NCBI GenBank assembly: GCA_964013405.1 | Contig: CAXGWI010000041.1 | Coordinates: 1-24,165 of the forward strand | DNA length: 24,165 nt | DNA from: an uncultured Myxococcales bacterium | GTDB lineage: Bacteria; Myxococcota; UBA4151 | Direction of reading: 5' to 3' | Shown here: in pieces, positions 7,569-15,254 of the stretch | How positions within the stretch are numbered: position 1 is the stretch's first letter | Layout of the letters: each line of letters begins with the position of its first letter | Translations under genes and position numbers: made by a program | Notes under the pieces: model-generated | Database searches by the model: none | What the model was told of the DNA's origin: nothing | Seen by the model: only the letters and a program-made list of their open reading frames with translations

Positions 7569-9410
7569 TTAAACCGCAACCGCTTCCTTACGCCGTTGTG
7601 CGGCGACCATCTTGGCAAAATGCCCCTCTGGGTCGGCGAGCAAGGCCGCTGGGCTCCCCTCTTCAATGATCCGACCGTCCGCCAGGACGATGATCCGGTC
7701 GGCCGTCTCGACGGTCGACAAGCGGTGGGCGACCACCAGGCTCGTTCGGCCCACGAGGACTTTCTCCGTGGCCTCCTGAAGAAAGCGCTCGGTCTCCTGA
7801 TCAATACTGGCGGTGGCCTCATCGAGAAGCAGAATCTCCGGGTCCCGATAGAGGGCTCGAGCCATGGCGACCAACTGCCGTTCGCCCGCGCTCAGGTTCG
7901 TCCCTCCGTCGAGAATCTCGGATTCGGAGTCACCGGCCTCGCCCTCCTCTTGGGCCCGGCGAATCAGGCGCCGACGAACCGCTTCGAGGCTACAGATTTC
8001 GAAGGCATACTCGATGCGAGCAGGATCCGGATCCGCCGCATTCATGGTGACGTTCTCTTCCAAGGAACCCGCGAACAGATAGGTGTCTTGCTGCACCACG
8101 CCCAGGCGGCGCCGGAAGGAGGCGATGGCGACCTTGGATAGGTCCTGACCATCCACAAGGACACGGCCAGCCTGAGGCCGACGAAAACGGCACAGCAAGG
8201 CCAGTAAGGTTGTCTTTCCACTACCCGTGCGGCCAACGATCGCAATGCGCTCGCCCTGCTGGATCTGCAGATCGATGCCTTGGAGGACCGGCTCATCGGG
8301 CAGATAGTGGAACTCAACCCCATCGAAGGTCATGGACGCGATGGGCGCGGTCAACTCCACGGCATCGGGTGTATCGGCGGCCTCCTCCGTGGTGTCGAGA
8401 AGACCAAAAACCCGATCTGCGGCGGCAAAGGCAGCCTGTAGAAGGGCGTATTTTGCCCCCAGGTCCCGCAGGGGTTGAAAGAAGCGCTGCATGTACTCGG
8501 TGAAAGCGATGAGCAATCCCAAGGTCACCACCGCTTCCGGTCCACTGATCTGCCCGGCGCCGTGCCAGAGGATGAGCGCCGTCGACAGGGTTCCGGCCGC
8601 CTCGATCACCGCATAGAGGGTGACATCGTAACGGATGGTTTTGAAGGCGGCTTCTCGATACTCCGCATTGGCCCGGTCGTAACGCTTACCAATGGCACCT
8701 TCAGCACCGAAGAGTTGGACCGTCGAAAGCCCATTCAAGGCTTCCTGGAAGTAGGCGTTCATGGCCGAACTCCGTCGACGCAGGGCCCCGTAGGTATTGT
8801 GGGCATAACGCTGAAAGATCAGGAGGGTCACGATGACCGGGGGCACCACAAGCATGGCCCAGCCCGCCAGAGACGCATCGAGGTAGAAGAGCCAAGCCGA
8901 CATGGTGACCAGCATGATCAAGTCGGCCACCATCCCGACGGCACCGAAGGCAAAGACCTCGGACAAGGCCTCGATGTCATTGGTCAAACGGGCCATCAGA
9001 CGACCCACAGGCTCCCGGTCGAAGACGCCCATTTCCAAGCGAGTCACCTTCTTGAACCCGGCGCCGCGCAAATCGAGGAGCGTGTTTTGACCGAAGCGCT
9101 GCATGAGTAACTGCTGCAGAACCAAACAGCAGCCGCAAAAGAGAACCAAGCCAATACCGAGGAGGGCCAGATCAGTCACGCCGACGAGTCGTTCACCGAC
9201 GGGACCTTCAGCTTGCATGTAGCGATCGATGGCTGCGCCGATGATCCACGGCTCGGCGACCACCGCGGCCGTAATCGGCAAGTACAGGGACAGGGCGGCA
9301 AAAAATTGCAGCTTGTGGGGCCTCATAAAGGCCCAAAGCCGCTTCGCTAGCGTCCAATCACTGGCGTCACTCAGACGCTCTGCTCGGTGCTCGTGATCGG
9401 CCAAGCTCAC
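7569..9410 (-). CDS. ABC exporter, fused TMD-NBD (MdlB/TmrAB-like half)
   Basis: N-terminal TM helices; GRTGSGKT Walker A; LSAGE signature; LLLDEAT Walker B; VAHR switch; GTG start overlapping the upstream stop (GTGA). Confidence 0.93.
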   Translation of the reverse strand: MSLADHEHRAERLSDASDWTLAKRLWAFMRPHKLQFFAALSLYLPITAAVVAEPWIIGAAIDRYMQAEGPVGERLVGVTDLALLGIGLVLFCGCCLVLQQLLMQRFGQNTLLDLRGAGFKKVTRLEMGVFDREPVGRLMARLTNDIEALSEVFAFGAVGMVADLIMLVTMSAWLFYLDASLAGWAMLVVPPVIVTLLIFQRYAHNTYGALRRRSSAMNAYFQEALNGLSTVQLFGAEGAIGKRYDRANAEYREAAFKTIRYDVTLYAVIEAAGTLSTALILWHGAGQISGPEAVVTLGLLIAFTEYMQRFFQPLRDLGAKYALLQAAFAAADRVFGLLDTTEEAADTPDAVELTAPIASMTFDGVEFHYLPDEPVLQGIDLQIQQGERIAIVGRTGSGKTTLLALLCRFRRPQAGRVLVDGQDLSKVAIASFRRRLGVVQQDTYLFAGSLEENVTMNAADPDPARIEYAFEICSLEAVRRRLIRRAQEEGEAGDSESEILDGGTNLSAGERQLVAMARALYRDPEILLLDEATASIDQETERFLQEATEKVLVGRTSLVVAHRLSTVETADRIIVLADGRIIEEGSPAALLADPEGHFAKMVAAQRRKEAVAV

Positions 9411-11119
9411 GCAGCATCCTCCTTCTCCCGTCGCCAGAGACGTCCGTAGAGTCCGGCTTGGGTCAGCAGGTCATCGTGTCGCCCCCGCTGAACGATGCGG
9501 CCCTCATCCATCACAATGATTTCATCGGCTTCGACCACCGCCGACAGTCGGGTAGAGATGACGATGGTGGTGATGCCATCACGGGCCTCTCGGAGATGGC
9601 GAAGAATGCGGCGCTCCGTGTGGATGTCGACGGCACTGAGGCAATCGTCTAAGACCAAAATCTTGCCGCCGTGGAGCAGGGCCCTAGCGATCGCTGTCCT
9701 TTGCCGCTGCCCCCCAGAGAGGGTCACCCCACGCTCGCCGACCTCGGTATCGTAGCCCTTGGCGAAGGTCAGGATGTCGTCATGAATCTCCGCCGTTTGG
9801 GTTGCCGCGAGCAGGGTCTCATCGTCCACATCAGGTGCACCCATGCGCAGGTTATTGGCCAGCGTATCCGTGAGCAGGAAAATCTCCTGGGGCACCACAC
9901 TCACCTGGCGGCGCAAAGCCTCAAGGGGCCAATCGGCGACGGGCTTTCCGTCCACAAGGACGGTGCCATCCGGTGGCTCCTCCAGCCGTGAGATCAGTCG
10001 CCCAAGGGTCGACTTGCCACTGGCAACACGACCCACGACCCCGAGAATGCGTCCCGGCCCCAAATCGATATCGATGTCTTCGAGAGCAAGCCGCTCATCC
10101 CCCGGATAGGCGAAGGACAGGTTCTTCACCTCCAGGTGGCCTCGGCATTCGGCCGGCGCAGTCACCTCAGGCCGATCCTGAATCTGCGGTTCAAAGTCGA
10201 AGAGTTCCTGCAGTCGCTTCCAACTGGTTCGGGCCCGGGCAAAGATTGCGATGATCCAGCCCATGGAAATCGTCGGTTGGGCCAAGAGGTGAAGGTAGGC
10301 GGCAAAAGCGACAAATGTTGCGAGGTCGATCTCCTCTTGAACCACCGCTCGACCACCAACAAGCAGGGTCACCATGGCGCCGATCGACGGCAAGACAAAC
10401 ATCAGGGGGAAGAGGATGGCCCGCACCTTGGCCAAGGACCAGTTTGCCGCAAAGATTTCTTGGTTTCTATCATCGAAGCGCCCCGTCACTGGGCCTTCCT
10501 CACCATGGGCACGGATGAGCGCAATCCCACTGATCGTGCCTTGTAAGTACGCGGTGAGATCGGCATTCGCCTCCATGGAACGGCGGAATCGAACCATGAG
10601 CATTCGAGCCACCCGGCCCAACAAGAGGACCAAGACGATGTAGGGCAAAATGGCGAGAAGCGTGAGTCGCCAGCTAATGAGCAGGCATGCCGTCAAGCCA
10701 CCCACGTAACTAAAAATGGTGTTCATGACGCCCAGGATGCCCGGCCCTAAAAGCAGCCTTACTTGATTCAAATCCTGGGTCGCCCGACTCATCACGTCAC
10801 CGATCGGGTGATGACCAAAGAAACTCCGACTTTGGCGCATCATATGGCTAAAGAGTTTGCCGCGGATTCGGTACTCAACCCGCCGGGCCGGATCAAAAAG
10901 CGTCACTCGGCTCCCGACCCGGAGGAAGCCTTTCAAGACCGCCAGGCCAATCAACAAAAGAATCCAAGGGCCCACCGTGCTCGGGTCCAACTCCAGGCTG
11001 AGAATGATCTGCTTGAGCGTCCACGGTATCGACAGGGCCGCCCCCGTGGTCAGCAGTAGAAGCATCCCACCGGCGAGATAAGCCCGCCATTCATCCTTGA
11101 GGTACTGAGTGAGGTTCAT
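9407..11119 (-). CDS. ABC exporter, fused TMD-NBD (MdlA/TmrAB-like half)
   Basis: GDVMSRATQD; GRVASGKS Walker A; GERGVTLSGGQRQR; ILVLDDCLSAVD; ISTR at the switch position. Confidence 0.93.
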   Translation of the reverse strand: MNLTQYLKDEWRAYLAGGMLLLLTTGAALSIPWTLKQIILSLELDPSTVGPWILLLIGLAVLKGFLRVGSRVTLFDPARRVEYRIRGKLFSHMMRQSRSFFGHHPIGDVMSRATQDLNQVRLLLGPGILGVMNTIFSYVGGLTACLLISWRLTLLAILPYIVLVLLLGRVARMLMVRFRRSMEANADLTAYLQGTISGIALIRAHGEEGPVTGRFDDRNQEIFAANWSLAKVRAILFPLMFVLPSIGAMVTLLVGGRAVVQEEIDLATFVAFAAYLHLLAQPTISMGWIIAIFARARTSWKRLQELFDFEPQIQDRPEVTAPAECRGHLEVKNLSFAYPGDERLALEDIDIDLGPGRILGVVGRVASGKSTLGRLISRLEEPPDGTVLVDGKPVADWPLEALRRQVSVVPQEIFLLTDTLANNLRMGAPDVDDETLLAATQTAEIHDDILTFAKGYDTEVGERGVTLSGGQRQRTAIARALLHGGKILVLDDCLSAVDIHTERRILRHLREARDGITTIVISTRLSAVVEADEIIVMDEGRIVQRGRHDDLLTQAGLYGRLWRREKEDAA

Positions 11120-11997
11120 GGAAGCTCACTCACAACAAGACGGCCATGAATCGGTCCCCGTGTGATCGTAATGGGCAGCGTGGGCCCGAGTTCGCCATCG
11201 TACTCGCCTTTGACCTCACAACCGCCGAGAATCTCGACGCGCTGCCCCCGAGCGTGAACGACCCCATCCAGGGCGAGATGACCACCGGTCGGAAGCAAGC
11301 GAGTCGCCCAGAGCGCCTTCAACTTGGGCAGGCAGATCGCAACCACGTGCAGGTCATCGCCGAAGGGATCACCAAATGGTGTCACCATCTTACCACCGCC
11401 GAAGTAGCGCCCACAGCCCACGGCACAGATCATGGTGTCGCCGCTGTGAAGGGTCTCCCCATCCACTCGAACCTCCATGGCCTGGGGCGAAAAGGTCGTA
11501 ATTCCGTGAAACATCGCCAGATTATAACCAAAGACGCCCACACGCTTAAAGAGTCGTTCGACGTTATCGACCACATAGCCGGACATGCCCATACTCGCCA
11601 CGTTGATGAAGGCGGTCTTACCCTCCGGGCTGTCCACCGCCGCCAGGCGCAACGGATGGGTGATCTCACCACGAATCGCCAACTCTAAACGGGCTTCTAA
11701 GCTCGGATCACCGGGCAGTGATCGGTTCAAGTCAGAGCCGGTACCCGCGGGCACCAAACCAATTTCCAAGCCAGGGGATTCCCCATCGATGAGGGCCTCG
11801 GCAGCGAGATGAAAGGTTCCGTCGCCCCCGGCCAACAGGATCCGCTGATGGCGCAGGCGCCAGGCCTGGAAAATGGCCTGGGCTTCTTCTCGAGAAGCCG
11901 GGCGCTCAACCTCGATCTCCACATCATCAGGAAGGAGATCTTCGATCCTTTGGCGCCCGCCTCCGGCCTTCGAGTTGATGAGTAAGCCCATGGTCAT
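11116..11997 (-). CDS. Diacylglycerol kinase-family (YegS/DagK-like) lipid kinase
   Basis: LLINSKAGGG, LAGGDGT, GLVPAGTGSDL, FINVASMG, GRYFGGG, YDGE. Start moved from 12066 to ATG 11997 (or 11991) because the recognisable fold begins there. Confidence 0.9.
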   Translation of the reverse strand: MTMGLLINSKAGGGRQRIEDLLPDDVEIEVERPASREEAQAIFQAWRLRHQRILLAGGDGTFHLAAEALIDGESPGLEIGLVPAGTGSDLNRSLPGDPSLEARLELAIRGEITHPLRLAAVDSPEGKTAFINVASMGMSGYVVDNVERLFKRVGVFGYNLAMFHGITTFSPQAMEVRVDGETLHSGDTMICAVGCGRYFGGGKMVTPFGDPFGDDLHVVAICLPKLKALWATRLLPTGGHLALDGVVHARGQRVEILGGCEVKGEYDGELGPTLPITITRGPIHGRLVVSELP

Positions 11998-12098
11998 GGA
12001 CGAGCCCTGCCACAGGGTAGGCCAAGGAGCAAAGCGATGCATCCGCCCATTGTACAGACAGCCCAAGGAGCGCTATCTATCTCAAGGAGGCTGGAACC

Positions 12099-12398
12099 AT
12101 GATGGCAACGGCTGAAGGGCGCTTCTGCCACAGTTGTAGAGGACCTGTGGACTTCGATGGACGCCTGGGCTTCCGGGAATCCTGCCAGCACTGCGAAGCA
12201 GACCTTCACTGTTGCCTGAACTGTGAACTCTACGACCCCGGCGCCCACAACAGTTGCCGCGAGCCCGTCACTGAGTACGTGCCCGACAAAGAGAAACGTA
12301 ACTTTTGCGGCTGGTTCAGCTTTGTCGGTGGGGAGCGAAATGAGGAGGACGAAAAGGCGGCCGCTTTGTCCAAGTTGGACGCCCTTTTCAAAAAATGA
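12099..12398 (+). CDS. Small cysteine-rich putative metal-binding hypothetical protein
   Basis: Strong AAGGAGG SD (12084-12090); 9 Cys arranged CxxC..CxxC..HCCxxC..C..C; C-terminal LDALFKK helix. Confidence 0.85.
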   Translation: MMATAEGRFCHSCRGPVDFDGRLGFRESCQHCEADLHCCLNCELYDPGAHNSCREPVTEYVPDKEKRNFCGWFSFVGGERNEEDEKAAALSKLDALFKK

Positions 12399-13498
12399 CG
12401 CTTCTAGATCTCCTCAAAAGCGATCAGCCCAAAGCGGTTCTCGAAGGCCTGGAGCAACTCCAAGCGACGGGGGACGGCAACGACTTCGATCAACTCCTCC
12501 ATGGGATTCGGTACCAACCGCCAACGGCCCAGGATTTCCTCCTCGCTTTCGCCGGACGCCTATTACCCAACGATCACTTCACCCCCCCTGAAGGCTGCAG
12601 TCGGCAACAGGTCGCCTGCCATGAATTGGCTGTGGTCGGCCTCATTTGTCAGGCCCCCGATACGAGTATTTTGGGCAATGCCTTCAAACAAGTCATCACC
12701 AGTCTAGCCCTCGGGCCTTTCGGTTTCACGGGCCACATCCCCATGGTGGATCAGTTGGTTCGGTCGCAGAACCAGGACCTGCTTCCAGGCCTCCCCCCTG
12801 GCTGGTTGGCGAGACTACCCAACCTGGAGCGACTCGATCTCTCGGGCATGCCCGTCGAGCGACTGGATTGGTTGGCCGGATGCCAGACCTTAAATTGGTT
12901 ACGCATTCGGGGGACCCACCATCTCGAACACCTCGGCACGCTTCCCCCCTTGGCCATCGAGATACTGGACTTGGATGGCTGCCGGTCTCTGAAGGACCTC
13001 AGCGGCCTCAAACAACTCCCTGAACTCAAGCACCTCGACCTGGCCGGATGCACCAGCCTGACCCATATTTCGGGTCTGCGCGAAGCCCCCCATCTGGTCT
13101 GGCTCAACCTGAGTCGCTGCGAGCGCCTCGAAAGTCTCGAAGGGATCGAAGAACTGCTTGGCTTGAAGGAACTGGATGCCGGCGGCTGCCTGTCCCTGGA
13201 AGACATCAGCCCCTTAGGGGGACTCAAAGTCCTCGAAGATCTGGACCTGAGCCTGTTGCCAAAAATATCCCATGTCGATGCCCTTGCAAGCTGTACCGCC
13301 CTGAAACGGGTCGTGCTGGCGGGCTGCCAACAGTTGCAGAGCCTTGCGGGGCTTCGCCATCAGGAATCCTTGGCCTATTTGGATCTGTCCGAGTGCGGCA
13401 GCCTCCAGCCCAGCCCACCCAGTCGGCTCATGGTCAATCGGTCACTGACACCGACCGGTGTCGCTGTCTTTCAAGAGCGATTAAGGGCCAGCGAGTAA
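12395..13498 (+). CDS. Leucine-rich repeat protein (about 9 LRRs of 22-23 aa)
   Basis: Repeated LxxLxxLxxLDLxGCxxLxx(I/L)xx; ATGA overlap with the upstream gene; no obvious signal peptide. Confidence 0.88.
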   Translation: MTLLDLLKSDQPKAVLEGLEQLQATGDGNDFDQLLHGIRYQPPTAQDFLLAFAGRLLPNDHFTPPEGCSRQQVACHELAVVGLICQAPDTSILGNAFKQVITSLALGPFGFTGHIPMVDQLVRSQNQDLLPGLPPGWLARLPNLERLDLSGMPVERLDWLAGCQTLNWLRIRGTHHLEHLGTLPPLAIEILDLDGCRSLKDLSGLKQLPELKHLDLAGCTSLTHISGLREAPHLVWLNLSRCERLESLEGIEELLGLKELDAGGCLSLEDISPLGGLKVLEDLDLSLLPKISHVDALASCTALKRVVLAGCQQLQSLAGLRHQESLAYLDLSECGSLQPSPPSRLMVNRSLTPTGVAVFQERLRASE

Positions 13499-14331
13499 AT
13501 CTGATTTTTCGGCGCCAGCCCCTTGAGCACCTTGCAGATGCTCTTCGGACTCAGTCCTGCAGCGACGAGGACTTCGACGCGGGCCGCCAAATCATCGGGC
13601 TCTGATCCACGACCCTCAACGGGGCCGACCAGCACCACACACTCCCCTTTGAATGGTCCTCGGGGTGGAGCAGCGCCGCAGCCCCTGTGGTAGTTCTCAA
13701 ATTGCTTGGTGAGTTCCCGAGCGACAACCAACTCGCAGCTTGGGGCCACCCGCTGGGCCAGGGCGTCTAGGAGCCCCTCCACCCGTTTTGGAGATTCAAA
13801 AAAGATCGTCGTCCAGGGACCGAGGACCTCGTCGAAATATCTGGCGAGGGGGCCCGGCTTGCGGGGAGGAAAGCCCGCAAAAAGGTGGGGCGTCATGGGT
13901 AAACCCGAGCCAAGGAGCGCGAGGCTTGGCGCGGACGGACCGGGCACGACGCTCACGGGATGACCTGCGCGAATGACGGCCTGAACAAGACCTTCACCGG
14001 GGTCGCTGACCAGTGGGAGGCCAGCCTCCGACACCAGACCTAAACGACCTCCGCTGGCTAAAGCCTCAAGAATCTCCGGCCTCCTTTTCGCCTCGTTGTG
14101 GTCGGTGAGCGAGCGCAACTCCAACCGCAACCCGAGCATCGTGAGGAGGGCGCTGGTCGTGCGCGTATCCTCGCAATAAAGACGATCGAGATGACCGAGC
14201 GTCTCGATAACGCGCAGGCTCAGGTCCCCCAGATTCCCCAGCGGCGTGCCGATCAACTGAAGGCTTCCAGCCGCCGGACCACTCAGCCCCCGATCCAGAA
14301 TACGCTGAACAGCTGCCTGTGTGTCGCTCAC
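13471..14331 (-). CDS. rsmI: 16S rRNA (cytidine1402-2'-O)-methyltransferase
   Basis: GTPLGNLGDLSLR, CEDTR, LVSEAGLPLVSDPG, VPGPSA, FFESPKR, ARELTKQFE, KGECV. GTG start at 14331 chosen because it overlaps the upstream stop (GTGA). Confidence 0.95.
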   Translation of the reverse strand: MSDTQAAVQRILDRGLSGPAAGSLQLIGTPLGNLGDLSLRVIETLGHLDRLYCEDTRTTSALLTMLGLRLELRSLTDHNEAKRRPEILEALASGGRLGLVSEAGLPLVSDPGEGLVQAVIRAGHPVSVVPGPSAPSLALLGSGLPMTPHLFAGFPPRKPGPLARYFDEVLGPWTTIFFESPKRVEGLLDALAQRVAPSCELVVARELTKQFENYHRGCGAAPPRGPFKGECVVLVGPVEGRGSEPDDLAARVEVLVAAGLSPKSICKVLKGLAPKNQIYSLALNRS

Positions 14332-15248
14332 CCCAGAGGCCTCCACGCATCTTCGTGCCATTCTAAAACAGCACCAGAAACGGCGACGACATCGAAACGA
14401 ACGGCCAGGTGCTGGAGTCGGAGGCGCTGGATCAGTTCTTCAGTCGCCCGCAGGATGTGGTTCCACTTTCGCCCACTCGTGAGGGTCTCAAGGGGGTCGA
14501 TACCATCGCTACGGCTGCGAACTTCAACCACCGCCAGTTCCTCACCGTCTCGAAAGACCAGATCCAGCTCACCACGTCGACCACGCCAATTGCGAGCCAC
14601 CAACTCAAGGCCAGACAACTCCAACTCTGCGAGGGCCCGGTCCTCGGCCTCCCGACCTCGGTGATGGCGTCCCGCAACCACCGCTCTGCGGACGGGCGCG
14701 AAACTCAGTCGATGCTCCGGCGTGGTCCCTTGGGCCTGCAGCCCGGCCAGGTGCTCGGCGGTCGGGTAACCAGCGTTGCGTTCCAACCCATAGCCTGGGT
14801 AGCGCTGACCAAGGCGAACCATGGCGGCATCTCGATACTCCTTGGCGACGATCGAGGCGGCGGCGATACTCGGTTCTTCAGCATCCCCACCAACAATACA
14901 TTGCGTCGGCCGGCCCAATTGGGGGTCCTGATTCCCATCCACCAGCAGTTCTGTTGCCCGCTGACCGGTCTGGTTCTCAATGTCTGCGAGGGCCCGCTCC
15001 ATGGCTAAAAACGTGGCCTGAAGGATCCCCATTTGGTCGATCTCTCCCGGGTCCGCTTCTCCGATCCCCCGGGGTACACCGGCCTCGTCCATCGCCTGAA
15101 GGATCTGCTGGCGCTGCTTCGGCCGAAGGCGCTTCGAATCATCGACGCCAAAAGATGCAAGCTCTGGCAGGTCGGGCACACAGGCGGCAACCACCGGTCC
15201 AGCCAGCGGGCCCCTCCCCACTTCATCGATGCCGAGGCGCCATCCCAT
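14328..15248 (-). CDS. rnhB: Ribonuclease HII fused in frame to a YraN (UPF0102) family nuclease
   Basis: aa 1-188: GIDEVGRGPLAGPVVAA, DSK, LVDG, GDA..SIAAASIVAK..RD, GYPT..H, HRLSF (RNase HII). aa ~192-306: GREAE..A..L...G....RNWR...GELDLV...VEVRSR...RFDVVAV...EDAW (YraN). No stop between the two parts. Confidence 0.93.
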   Translation of the reverse strand: MGWRLGIDEVGRGPLAGPVVAACVPDLPELASFGVDDSKRLRPKQRQQILQAMDEAGVPRGIGEADPGEIDQMGILQATFLAMERALADIENQTGQRATELLVDGNQDPQLGRPTQCIVGGDAEEPSIAAASIVAKEYRDAAMVRLGQRYPGYGLERNAGYPTAEHLAGLQAQGTTPEHRLSFAPVRRAVVAGRHHRGREAEDRALAELELSGLELVARNWRGRRGELDLVFRDGEELAVVEVRSRSDGIDPLETLTSGRKWNHILRATEELIQRLRLQHLAVRFDVVAVSGAVLEWHEDAWRPLG

Positions 15249-15254
15249 GGAAAA

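Noticed and set aside
11998..12066. ORF-track N-terminal extensions (lipid kinase 12066, rsmI 14361, trmFO 18349, lipoprotein 23754)
   Set aside because: Downstream starts fit SD sites, stop/start overlaps, domain boundaries or signal peptides better.
14505..14530. YraN EVR instead of EVK as an inactivating change
   Set aside because: EVR is a common natural variant in the YraN family.
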